Below the pieces are notes generated by a model, which saw only the letters and a list, made by a program, of their open reading frames with translations, was not told the DNA's origin and searched no databases. Below are positions 10,805-22,452 of a stretch of DNA of 64,000 nt, in pieces. This stretch comes from Hyaloraphidium curvatum SAG 235-1 (Eukaryota; Fungi; Monoblepharomycota). Within the stretch, counting starts at the first letter, position 1; each line of letters starts with the position of its first letter. A program made the translations under genes and the position numbers. The DNA is taken from positions 434,001-498,000 of the forward strand of contig JAIVFI010000010.1 of NCBI GenBank assembly GCA_025558095.1, read 5' to 3'.

Positions 10805-11990
10805 ATGACCGACGGCGCGAACGCTGCCGCGGTGCTCGCGCATGCCGTTGCTCCGAAGGGATCGGCGCTGGCCGCCGTCGTCGGCGAAACGCCGGTGCAG
10901 GACGCGCTCTTCCCCCGCCTGCCCCCCGACGCGCTCTTCCGCCTCGCGCGCGCCTCCAAGCTCATGCACGCCGTCGTCTCCGCCTACGCCGTCCGCGCTT
11001 TCGATCCCGACCCGGCGATCGCGCGCTTCTTCGCGGACCCGGCGCGCTTCCGCCGCGTCCTCGGCAAGGCGCGCGCCGCCGTCTCGGGCTCGTTTCCGCT
11101 GCAGATCCTCGGCCGCGTGATGTACCCGGGCTCGGACATGGACATTTACGTGCACGCGTCAGGCGCGGTGGATCTCTGCGCATTCATGCTCGCGGAGGAA
11201 GGCTACGCCTACCAAGCCGAGGCCGAGGAGCTCGCGCGCGCGAAGGGGAATCCGCTCGAAGCACTCAGGCGAAGGCTTTCGAACATCGAGCACGAAATTG
11301 AGAGTGGATTGGGACGCGAGGCCTGGGAGACGTACTTCGGGTGGGCGGCCCTCATGCGCGGCTAGCAGCAAACTCGCTGACTCGCACAACTTGCTCTGTA
11401 GGCACTTTGCCCTCCTCCACTTTCAGCGCACGGCACCCGCCGGCGAGCTCACCGTCCAAATCATCGTCTGCCGCGGAAGCCCCTTTGCCAGCATCATGCG
11501 GTTCCACTCGAGTAAGCACCTCCGATCGTGCCCTTGGCCGCCTCCCACTCAACCCATTCCCGATCCGGCAGCCTGCGTCATGAACATCCTCACCCACCGC
11601 CACCTCTTCTCCTTGTACCCCAGCACCACCTTTTCCCGCCTAGCCGCGCTGGAGCTCGTCCACCCCGCTCTGCGCACGGCCCGCCAGAGGGAGCTGCACG
11701 CCGCCGCGATCCGCAAGTACCGCGACCGCGGGTTCTCGATCGTGCAGGGCGACGAGGATGCCGGGGAGCTCGCGCTGGGGCCGCGGACGGTCGGGGACGG
11801 GATGACGTGGGCGGTGCCGCTGCGGGTCGGGTCGGACGTGCCGGTGGATGCGGTCAAGGGGAGGGCGTGGAAACTCGAGCGGGCCGTTTGGCCGCCGGGA
11901 CGGGTGCGCGTCAGGGACGGGGATCTCTTCTACCAGCAGGAGAAGGAGTGGGATTCATGGGATGGCCCGGTCGGCGAGGAGGCTTTGTTG
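10805..11990 (+). CDS. Uncharacterised F-box-like + nucleotidyltransferase-like protein, paralog 1 (3' end unresolved)
   Basis: LPPDALFRLARASK, VSGSFPLQILGRVMYPGSDMDIYV, VQII, FHS|ACVMNILT...SLYP...KYRDRGF. Two introns. Closely similar to 15528-16769. Confidence 0.75.
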
Positions 11991-12026
11991 CAGCTCGGAG
12001 AAGATTCACTGCCTCAACCGTACGCG

Positions 12027-13575
12027 CTACACCCTGTGCCACGGGCACCCACGCTCCGCGTGCCCCGTCACGCCGCACCGCCCGCACTCGACCCACGCGT
12101 CGCCGTCCTCGTCGTCGTCCATCGTGTCCAGCGCGCGCTCCAGCACCGCCTCCTTCCTGCTCTGCTGCACGCACGCGCGCCTCCAGACGGCCTTGACGAT
12201 TTCCGCGGGGAGATCGAGCCGGACGACGCTGATCCCGACCCATCCCTCGCCCGCGGGGAAGTCGTCTTCCGCCTCCACGATGCGCAGCGTGGCCTTGGGC
12301 GACCCGCGCATCCCGCCCACGTGCTGTGCCCGCCAAACAACAGTCAAGACGTCAGCCCACTGGCAACGTCAGACCGGCGATCGCGCAACGCACCGCCAGC
12401 TCGACCTCCATCTCCCTGCCCACCAGCTCCCCCTCCTTCCCCGCCCTCGGCCTCCTCATGCGCACCTCGAGCGCCCCGTCCGGCGGCAACCACCCCCTGT
12501 CCCTCGCCCACGGCTCCGCCTCGTCGTACCGCCGCAGCCAGCCGAGGTGCGAGAGGAAGATCCACACGCCCAGGCGCGCCGAGGACGGGCTGGCGAGCAG
12601 GTCCGAGGCGCGGATGTGCGCGGTGGGGAGGTCGCGGGCCGAGGCGGGGCCGGAAGCGTCGGCGTCGGCGAGGAAAACGATCCTGTTGGGGAGCGGCGCC
12701 TCGTCCGACGAGTCGTCCGAGCCGTCGTCGCCGACGTCGGGGTAGAAGACCGCGGTGCGCACGCCGGCGTCCTCTCCGAGGGTGACCGGGGAAGCGGGCG
12801 CCTTGGGCCTGTGGGCATTCGGTCAGCACCTGCGATTGCCACCCCGGCCGCCGCCCGCCGATCGGAACACCCACCCTCCGATGCGGTTCATCACCAGCGC
12901 CACGTGCATCTCCATCCACTGCACCCCGCTCCCCGTCACGTCGCTCCTGAACCGCGCGTCCAGCGCGCATCGCAGCTGCCTGCGGAGCTCCCTGCACGCA
13001 GAAGCGAGCCTGATCGCGTCGGCGGTCGCCAGGAACCCGGCGATCCGGAGGCGCAGGTGCACGGCTAGGTCGGCAAAGGTCTTGGGGGGCTTGGCGGGGG
13101 CGCGAAGCCTGGCGGCGGGGGCGCTGGCGGCTGGGGACCTGGCCGCAGGGGGCGCGGCGGCGAAGAAGAGGCCCTTCGGGTGCAGCCAGGGGCACCGCTC
13201 GCCCTTCTTGCACGATCCTTTCGTCACGAAGAAGTAGCACACCACCGGCGGACCTCTCCCGCTGAGCCTCTGCACGAACTTTTTCCTGCGCCTCGGCCCG
13301 GGCTGCGCGGGAAGCGGGGCTTGCGCGGGCGCCCGCGGCGGCATCGCCGGCATCCACCCGGCGAGCGGCGCCTGATGCACCCTCGGCACGTGCGCGAAGC
13401 GGCAGTCGGCCCCTCTGGCGCACCCGCCGGCGTCGAAGAAGCGGCATCGCATCGGTGACGTGGTCGGCCGGCCGGCGGGCGGGGCGGGGGCGCCGTGCGA
13501 GAAGGGGCAGGCGGCGCCGTTGCGGCAGGCGCCGAGGGCGTGGAAGCGGCACGGGGCGTCGAAGGAGGCGGGCAT
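12027..13575 (-). CDS. Protein with three CCCH zinc fingers, an F-box-like segment and a C-terminal CCHC knuckle
   Basis: CRFHALGACRNGAACPFSH, CRFFDAGGCARGADCRFAH, CYFFVTKGSCKKGERCPWLH; FADLAVHLRLRIAGFL...LASACR; CGRCGVTGHAERGC. Two introns. Confidence 0.8.
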
Positions 13576-13829
13576 GGCGGGCGGGGCGGGGGGAACGTTT
13601 TTGTTTGAAGAGGCGTCGACTCGTCGGCCAGCAAATGGCAGCGCAAGCACCTTGCAGACTGACGGACTGGTTGGCGCCGGACTACGAATGGAAATGCCTT
13701 GAAAAGCTCAAAACACGCAGAGGCATGTCGTGTTCGATTTACAACCGCGGGCGAGGTGCACGGGCCACGGGCCAGCCGGGGTCGGAGTCTTGTCCGCATA
13801 CACTTCTTTCCCTGCGTCTGTTTCACGCC

Positions 13830-15043
13830 TCACGCCGCCATCCCCAGCCCCCGCCCGGCCCTGTGCAGCGCCGCCGTCGCCGTCCGCCCCACCTGATCGG
13901 CGGAGAACGGTCCGTCGTCCTTCTGCAGCGCCCACACGAACAACCCTGCCCTGCCCGGGTGCCGGAGCACCGCCGCGGCGGCGTGCTCGACCTCGGGCAG
14001 GGTGAGCTCGTGGCCGGGGTGGCCCTCCTTGCCGGGCTGGACGCCGACAAAGACGCGGCCGGGGAAGTGCGCCGAGAAGGCGGCGATGTACTTTTCGTAG
14101 TCGACGAAGCCGGCGACCCCGAAATCGTACGACATGACGGCGACCTGGATGGATCCAATATCGGATGAGATCGGGATGATGGAAAATCCGGCGATCGATG
14201 GAGACCCACCATGTCGAGATGGCCGCTCTTGAGCATCGGCACGACGTTGCCCGTCTCGACCCCATTGGCCATGGATGCCAGCGTGAGCACGTAGCGTGGT
14301 CGGGGGAGCCTGCTCCTGAACTGCTCGGCGAGCTTGGGCAGGAAGTCGGTCACGTGCGGGGCCGGGCCAAATGCGTCGTGGGGCTCGTAGTCGATGTCGA
14401 GGCCGTCGAGGTGGAAGTCTTCCACGAAGGCGACGATGTTGTCGATGTTGTACGACGCGGCCCTGCGCCCGGGAGGCTCTGATCAGCGTGTCGCCGAGGT
14501 GATCACCGGCCTGGATGGATGACGGCCACGCACCAATCGCCGTGGGTTGCACCTCCCACGGAAGCAATGATCAGCGGCGGAGGGCTCCTCGCGCGAAGCG
14601 CTGCGAGCCCCTTCTTGAACTCGTCGTCGGCCATGGCCGCGAATCCGGTGTCGAGCCCCGAGCGCGCGAGCGACAGGCTCCCCTTGACGTATGCGCACGC
14701 GGGCGACAAGAAAAGACACCCAGACAATGTCGCAGTAGTCAGGAACTCCGCAGAGGCCCCCCTTTGGCGGCTTCCACGCCTGGAAGTACGCCCCGTACGG
14801 CGAAGCCCCAAGCCTCAGCAGGGGCTCGTTGACGTGAGCCGGGTGGTGCTTCGGCGAGCGCATCCACGCTTCCGGCGCCTCCTCCGCGGGACCGAGGTCC
14901 TTCCACGGCTGGGAGCCGTCGGCAGCAGGCGTGCCGGGGACGTGGGCCTGCGACCAAAAGGCGGCCTCGTAGCCGTTGCCGGCGTGGAAGACCTTGTCGC
15001 CGGCCGAGTAGGGCTGAGCGCGCTTCCAGGGGAGGTACGACAT
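13830..15043 (-). CDS. GH18 chitinase with N-terminal CBM5/12 module; one +1 frameshift (error or pseudogene)
   Basis: W..AQPYSAGDKVFHAGNGYEAAFWS...PW (CBM5/12), SVGGA, catalytic LDGLDIDYE, VMSYD, GLFVW. Extra base in the A4 run at 14711-14714; two introns. Confidence 0.88.
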
Positions 15044-15527
15044 GCTGCGGACGTTGAATGGAATGCCGACTTCGGATTGATGTCCCAGCTGCACTTGCTT
15101 GCGTCCCTGAAGAAAGGGTCCGTTTCCTTCTCGATTCTAGGCCCAGGATTGCTTGGCCGCCGCCGCGAAAGTGGCCTTCCAATCCAGACACAAGGGGTGC
15201 ACTCCTGGACTCGTCCCTTTCGGGATGCTACCTGGGTTATACTTAGCTCACATCCCGTGGATATCGCGCTGGTGCGTGCATCGACATATGGAACTGAGGA
15301 GGTGCGTTCATCGACTTGTGGAACCGTCGGCGGTAACGGAGGCCCGAGTCTCCATCGCAGCTCAATCGTACTTCGCGAAGCATTTGGTTGGCATGAGCAA
15401 GCTTTCCCGGCCTTCTGATGTACGAGCTAGATGCGCTCTGTGGGGCGGCAGTCGCAAATCACGTGCAAAAGCGAGAGAGCCGCGTCATCGGTTTGGCAAC
15501 AGCAGCGAAGCCCACACCTCCCACGAA

Positions 15528-16769
15528 ATGACCGACGTGGTGGAAGGCGCCGCGCCCTCCGAGCCGCTTCCCGCCGCCGCCGCTCCTGTGCCTCCTTCGG
15601 CTCTGCCGCTGCATGCCGTCGTGGGGTACATGCCCGTCTATGAAGCCCTGCTCTCGCGCCTGCCCCCCGACGCCCTGTTCCGCCTCGCACGCGCCTCCAA
15701 ACCCATGCACGCCATTGTCACCGCCTACGCCGCCCGTGCCTTTGACCCCGACCGGGCCATTGCTCGCTTCTTCGCCGACCCGGCGCGCTTCCGCGCCACA
15801 CTCGCCGAGACCGGCGCCATCGTTTCGGGCTCTTTCCCGCTGCAGATCCTCGGTCGCGTGAGGTACCCGGGCTCCGACATGGATGTCTACGTACTGCCTC
15901 CCAACGCGAGGAAGCTGTGCGCGTTCGTGCTCTCGCAGAAGGGGTACAAGTACATTGCCAGCGATCGCGAGCTCGTGCGTTTCGGTAGCCCGCAAGAGTC
16001 GCTGCGGGGCATGCTTCGAGCGCCCGAGAGGGAGTGGAACGACGGGCTCAGGGGCCCGGAACTGGCGGATTTCGAGTCGTACAGCGAGTAAGTCGACTTG
16101 CTCCCCAACCCTTCGCGAAAGGTCCGGCAGCTAACCACGATTGGACAGGAACCAGGTAACGAAGCACATCCTTCGCTTCCGCCGCCAAGGTCGCGACGAG
16201 GACCACGAAGTCCAAATCATCGTGCCCCGTGGCGACGTCTTCGCCACCGTCATTGCGTTCCATTCCAGTGAGTCCGGGAAACTCCGACTCCAGAGGTGCT
16301 GCAGATCGATAACGAACTCACAGCGTGCGTCATGAGCATCCTCACGCACCGCAACCTCTTTTCCCTCTACCCGCGCACCACCTTTTCCCGGGGGGCCAAC
16401 CTCGATCTCCACAGCGGCATTCTGATCGGCTTCCAGTACAGTAAGAGGCACCGTGCGGCGATCGAGAAGTACCGCGACCGCGGCTTCGAAGTGCTCAAGC
16501 ATGCGGAAGAGACGGGGGAGCTCGCGATCGGGCCGCGGAGGGTGGGGGACGGGATGACGTGGACGGTGAGGCTGGCAGGCGCCCAGGGTTTACCGCCGGA
16601 TGCGATCGAGGGCAGGGCATGGGAGCTCAAAGGCGCCAGGGTTGCGGGGCTCGTTTCGACGAGGACGACCGATCTCGCCGGGACCGAGAACTGGGAGGCG
16701 GGAGAGTGGGGTGATGAGGCCGAGTGGGGAGCTATCGTGGACTGGGAAGAGGACGAGGAGACGGAGTGA
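15528..16769 (+). CDS. Uncharacterised F-box-like + nucleotidyltransferase-like protein, paralog 2
   Basis: LPPDALFRLARASK, IVSGSFPLQILGRVRYPGSDMDVYV, FHS|TACVMSILT...KYRDRGF. Two introns at the same positions as paralog 1; acidic tail and stop at 16769. Confidence 0.8.
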
Positions 16770-16877
16770 TGCGGCAGGAGGCGGCGGTTGGGTTCTTGCA
16801 GCCAAGAGTGATATCCTCCTGAATTTGAACGAGTCTCCGCGACACAAAATGAAAATCATGTCGAACCGATCACAGCC

Positions 16878-17562
16878 CTAGAACCGCATCATCTTCGGCT
16901 TCTCGATGAACTTGTCGAGCTTTTCTTTCCAGACTCCGTACGGCGGCGGCTCGGTGCTTCGCGCGTAGTCGGACAGCACAGAGCGCATCTCCTTCATCCG
17001 TTGCACGGCGAGCTCGCAGGCAAGGGATGGCTTGGAGCCGGCGACGCGGTCGAGCACCTCTTCGAACAAGTCCTGCGGCGCGGCAAGCAGCTTGGCCCTA
17101 GCAGCGGCGACGGTCCTATCCATGCCTGCCGCGGCGGCCAGCGCGAAGAGCTCGCCGACGTGCTCGGTGAAGGGGCGCTGCACGCACCGGGCCCAGGAGC
17201 ACGCGGTCGGCCTCCTCGGGGAGCTCGTCGACGCCCAGCTTGTCCCCCAGCTCGAGAAGGCCGCCCAGCTCCTCCGGCGCGAGCTCCTCGATCCGGAACC
17301 CGGGGTCGCGGTAGATGAAGCGAAGGAGCAGCAGCACGACCGACGCGTCCTCGTCGGGCAGCTCCCATCGGCCCGAGCGGCCCTCCTTGAACGAACCCCC
17401 GGCGGCGGCGGCGAAAAACGGCGAGAAGCGGGCGAGGAACACGCGATGCGCGCGGAACTCGGCCGCGTCGGCGCCAGTCCCGACGACCAACGTGTAGTCG
17501 GGCGCGCAGCCGGGCACGGAGAGGAAGGAAGGGACACCGTTGGGGGCCGGCGGCGGGGCCAT
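16878..17562 (-). CDS. BTB/POZ-domain protein with one +1 frameshift
   Basis: DYTLVVG...EFRAHRVFLARFSPFF...FKEG...ELPDED...LLRFIY. The frame changes at the C3 run 17192-17194 into a helical C-terminus ending at 16878. Confidence 0.8.
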
Positions 17563-17956
17563 CGTTAGCAGAAGGATGCGAGCGACGAACGACGTTGAGA
17601 GCGCGCCCCGAATCCGAGTCCGAGCCCGCCAGTCCCTGTCGCGATCACCACTGATGGATGATGATAGATGCTCTGCTCGACGTTGTTACTCTACCGACAA
17701 GTGACCTTCGGTGCGTCATCAAAGCCTGCGTGGTTCTATTCACGCCCGTGCACGCGACTAGCATTTCGTCCTTTCATACCACGATGAGTGGTCCTCAGAC
17801 CGAGTAAGATGTAGCTATGCCGGCGGCCGTGCGGGGTATTGCGCGATCCCGCCTCCAGTCCCGCCTCCGGAAGTTCCGCACGCGGTGAAACTCTGGATCC
17901 ACCTTCTCTCCGCGTTCTCGTTCCCGCGCCCACCCCACCGGTCCGCGCATCTAGCA

Positions 17957-19246
17957 ATGATGTGGACGCCCGACCTCGCAGCGTACGGCATCTCGCCCAC
18001 GACGGGGTTCGCCGCGGGCATCCCGCCGCCCCTGGCCGCGCCCTTCGACGCGTGGGAGGCACTCGCGGCTTCGATCCCCGCGGCCACGGTCTCCGAGGAA
18101 GCGGCCGACGCGTTCCGCGCCAAAGTGCGCGCGCTGGAGGTGCTCGACGCCTCGCCGCTCGACGGGGAGGGCGTCCGCCGCGCGTGCGTGTTGCTTGGCT
18201 TCCTCGCCAACGCGTTCGTCCACGGCCCTGGGACGAAGCCGGACACGCTGCCTAAAGGCGTCGCCGTGCCACTCGTCGCCGTATCCCAGAAATTGGGAAT
18301 GAGGCCCGGTTTCGGCTACTGGCACGGCAACCTTTGGAACTGGCGGCCGACCGGCAAAGCGGAGGGCCTGGACGGGATGGAGGCCGTGTTCGGCTTCACC
18401 GAAGCGGCCCGCAAGGACGAGGACCATTTCGCGCTCGTGCCGGCGGCGATCGATGCCCTCGGAGGGCCGGCTTTGTGCCGCGTGCGGGGCTGCTTCGAGG
18501 CTGCGGAGGCTGGCGACGTCCAAGCATTCGCGAAAGAGTTGGACGAGCTCAAGGGGATCATCGAAGCCATGGTGGCGACCCTGGGGAGGATGGGAGAGGG
18601 CTGCTCGCCCGACGTGTTCTGGAAGGGCTTCCGGCGGTACCTGGGAGGGCTTGCGGGGACCGAGTTCGAGGGCGTCAAGTCGTTCCCGGCTCTGGAAGAT
18701 GAGGCCGACGAGACCGCCGGCAGCCTCGAAGGCAGAGTCAAGGCAGCGAACGGCATCGACGCGCAAGCCAACGGGAGCGGCGGATGGGTCAAAAGCACCT
18801 TCGGAGGATCCACTGCGGCACAGTCGCCCATAATCCAAGCCCTCTCCGCCTTCCTTGGGGTCGATCACCGCCCCACGCGTCCTTCTTCGCAGGGAGATCC
18901 CAACTTCCTCGTGGAGATGCGCAACTACTCGCCCCTGAACGCTAGGCGCTTCCTCCGCGACCTGGCTGTTGGCTCCGCGCCCGTGCGCGAGTTCGCCGCC
19001 GCGCAGCCAGAGCTCAGGGAACGGATGGATGGATTGCTGGCGCTGCTGGCACGGTTCCGCGAGCGTCACCTGGGCCTCGTGATGACTTATGTGCTTTTGC
19101 AAGCAAAAAAGGACGCTCGCGACAGGGGCGAACCGGAGGACGGGGACGAAGCGAAGGGGACGGGTGGCTCGGCATTGCTGCCGTTCCTGAAGCAGGCAAA
19201 GCAGGAGACCCTGGAGGCGAGGAGCGGATCGTCGAAGACGGTATGA
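17957..19246 (+). CDS. Indoleamine 2,3-dioxygenase family heme enzyme
   Basis: LWNW, EDHFALV, FWKGFRRYL, GGSTAAQSP, EMRNY, FRERHL, KGTGGSALLPFLKQ. Intronless. Confidence 0.92.
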   Translation: MMWTPDLAAYGISPTTGFAAGIPPPLAAPFDAWEALAASIPAATVSEEAADAFRAKVRALEVLDASPLDGEGVRRACVLLGFLANAFVHGPGTKPDTLPKGVAVPLVAVSQKLGMRPGFGYWHGNLWNWRPTGKAEGLDGMEAVFGFTEAARKDEDHFALVPAAIDALGGPALCRVRGCFEAAEAGDVQAFAKELDELKGIIEAMVATLGRMGEGCSPDVFWKGFRRYLGGLAGTEFEGVKSFPALEDEADETAGSLEGRVKAANGIDAQANGSGGWVKSTFGGSTAAQSPIIQALSAFLGVDHRPTRPSSQGDPNFLVEMRNYSPLNARRFLRDLAVGSAPVREFAAAQPELRERMDGLLALLARFRERHLGLVMTYVLLQAKKDARDRGEPEDGDEAKGTGGSALLPFLKQAKQETLEARSGSSKTV

Positions 19247-19667
19247 ATCTGCTCCCTGCATCAGATCCACCGATGAGCTCAATGGCAGCAATATTGTCGG
19301 ATTCATTTCATTCTATTGGTCCAGAATAGAGACGCATCCTGCATTCCCACACTCGCTGGTGAGTTGAGGAGCCGAGGTGTCCCAGTGATGACTCGGCCGA
19401 CGTAAACAGACACGGTCAGGCGCCTGGACAACGCGGCACACAGCGGGGGCGAAAGGCGCAAGAGCAAATCGGAACTTCGTACGATGGAGTCCAGTGGCCT
19501 GCCTCGGAAATGACCGGCGAGCTTCGGGCGTGTCGGCGTGGCGGCGGCTGCTAAGCCGAGCACGGCCTCGGCCTCAACGGCTTCGGCGCCGCCGTGCTCG
19601 CCTGCTTGGGAGCTCTTTGGCGTCGTCTCCCCGGGCGGATTCTCTTCGAAAGTTGGGGATCTTGCCA

Positions 19668-22224
19668 ATGGCGTCGGAGACCTTTGGGAGCCGGATCCGC
19701 GGAGCTCTGGCTTGGACGGGCGACCAACTCCATTCCCTCATTGCCTACCTCTGGGACTGGGACCTCCACGACCCGTGGCATGAGGGCGAACCCTTCTTTT
19801 TCGGAGCGCTATTTGCTGTGGTGTCTGCAACTTCGCTCATGAGAGTCAACGCGGACCAGACGTGGATCGTTGGCGTCCCTGAAGAACCGGTGGCGACCAA
19901 CATCATCCTCGAGGCTCTCGTCGATGCTGGAGCGACCTCCATTGCCATTTTCGCTGCCGCTCTCGCTGCAGGGCTCGTCTCCTGGACTGGGATCGTCCTT
20001 CGGATACTGGACAAGTGGCCACGGCCCGCGGCGAAGGTGGCGGTCATCGCGGCAGCGATACAGACCGTCCTCTCTGCCGGCGGGCTTGTTTCCTTCCTGA
20101 CTCTGGTGACCTATCCGCAAAAGGAGTGGTGGTGGAACAACACCTATTTCGCCGCCATCGAAGCTATCGGGGCGGGCACCATTTCGACCTGTCTCTTCCT
20201 CATCGACGTGCTTTACCTCCACATTCCGCTGGAAACGGTTACGGTTGCGCGCCGGAAGCTCATTTTCGCCGCTTTAGGTGCGATGTCCTACCTGGTGCTA
20301 ATGGCTCTCGTCTTCGAGCATGTGGAACCGGGCTGGGATTTCTCGACCGCCTTCATCTTCAGTGCCGTCACCTCGTGCACCATCGGGTACGGACAAAACA
20401 CCACTCGGACGGTCGCGGGCCAGATCCTCCTCTTCTTTTTAGGGCCCATCGGGATCGGCCTCATCGGCTTCCTCTTGTTCTCGATCAGGGACAACTTGCT
20501 CGAGTCGGCGAGGGAAAACATGAAGCGCCTGGTCGTCCGCCGACGACTCAGCAGGCAGCTCGGACGCGACGGAGATGCCGCGAGCATCCTCAGCGGCGTA
20601 ATAAGGGGCGAAAGGAGGTACAGCGCCGCCAGCGAGCTGGAAGGCTACGGCGGGATGCAAGAGCTTTCGGCCGTGCCTGGTCTCGCCGAGGCGAAGCTTG
20701 CGGAGGAGATGGTGGAGCGGAATCAATACGAGGAGCAGGACGCGGAGACAGAGTCCGTTGTTGGTGACAGTGCAACGGCATTGGAGCCCGGTCTGGCCAG
20801 CTACCGGGACGTTGACCCGGACAGGGACTCAAACGTGGAGTCGGACTTGGAATCTGCCGAACGCGTGGATGGAGGCACCGGCCAGATGGTGGAAGATCGA
20901 GCGCACGTCGCCGACAATTCTGTCGATTTGCAGAAACAGCGCGCAAGATCTCCGTCTAGCGAACGCAAGCCGAAATATCCTTATCAGCGGACATGGTCGG
21001 AGCGTATTCTCGGCAGAGACGCCGAGTCCGTGTCTTTGGATCCACGCTCGATCACCACCCCAGCGAGGAGGACTTCGCTCGTCATTGACGGACGAATGAC
21101 CTCGCTCACGCCGATTCCACCTAACGAAGCACGATCGGCATCTTTCCAACCCGCATCCATTCTTGCGCCTGCTGCACCTCAGGGTACCGTTTCCCTCACC
21201 TTTGCCGCTCCCCCCCGTTCCGTAACCCCGGACATGGAGAACATGCGGAGCCTGACGCCCTCGCAGGGCCTTCGGCGCCGGGATTCCGCGACCCCGACGC
21301 CGTGGATCAAACCACACAATCTCGGATCCGGTGTTCCACTGCGCCATTTCATCACCGCACCGGCCGAGACGGCAGGCATCGGAGCCATCGGCAGGGGGAA
21401 CGCTGTCGCGCCCTCTGTCGATGGGCCGCGCTTCAGCGGAGAGAACGGAAGCCGGCTGCTTTCCGCCGATCAGGCCGTGCTGGAGCGGGGCAAGCACGCA
21501 TCGCAGGATTCTATGTTTGCCAACCCCATCACGCTCCGGATGACCCTTCCAGACGCGACGGCCGGCCAGCCCGGATTCGGCGTCGCGCTGACGGCTGGGC
21601 TGTCGCGTACCCTGACGATCGACCCGGCGACGCTGTTCACGCCCGAAGAGGCTCGGCAGGAGCGCAGAAGGATAGAGATGTGGAGCATCGCGAGGATCGG
21701 TGTCATTTTCTTGATCTACTGGTTCATCGGGGGCGTGCTTTTCTACGTTCTAGAGCCGCCGTGGGATTATCTCGAAGGCCTTTACTTTGCGTGGTCGACG
21801 CTAACCACCGTCGGGTACGGAGATCTCGTGTGGTGAGTGGGACGCCATTGCTGCGACCGACTTCGCTCATCTCCTTGTCCAGCATCAAGCCGGCGTGCTG
21901 GGAGTGGTGAGTGCGGCAAGACCAATACTCGATCGCAGCTTACTCTTTTCGTCTAGGTGGCTCTACTTCGTGTACATAGAAGTCGCCCTGTTCGGTGCGG
22001 AGCTTCTTTGCGCGCACCGGTTGCTCGCTGACCTCTTGCACCTTCACCCAGCCTACCTGATTGCGCTCGTGGGGGATTTGATCAACCAGCGGATGGACAC
22101 GAGGCTGGAGCGCACCGTCTCGCGGGATCCGCGCCCAAAGGGCGGGGGGACGGTGACCGCAATGGGGACGGCAATGAGTTTGATGCCGAGGGTGGAGATT
22201 GAGGAGGACGATGAGCGGCAGTAG
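19668..22224 (+). CDS. TOK1-like two-pore potassium channel
   Basis: Multiple N-terminal TM segments, pore 1 TSCTIGYG, long cytosolic linker, pore 2 TLTTVGYGD, short 3' exons. Confidence 0.87.
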
Positions 22225-22452
22225 ATGAATCTGGACGCTAGTGCAAGGTGGTGGTGTATCGTTCGTGACAAGTGCTGGATGCAATCGTGAGAAATGCAAT
22301 CAGATGCTACCTTTTTGCTCGCCAAGAGCGGACAGGTGATGGGGCGGAGTTTGGATGTGGCGTGGTCCCTGACTCGCCACCAGGGACGCCACATTCAGTC
22401 GAGTCATAAAAGGCGACTTGGAACCGGTCCTCCCGCACACCGCAGATTCGCG

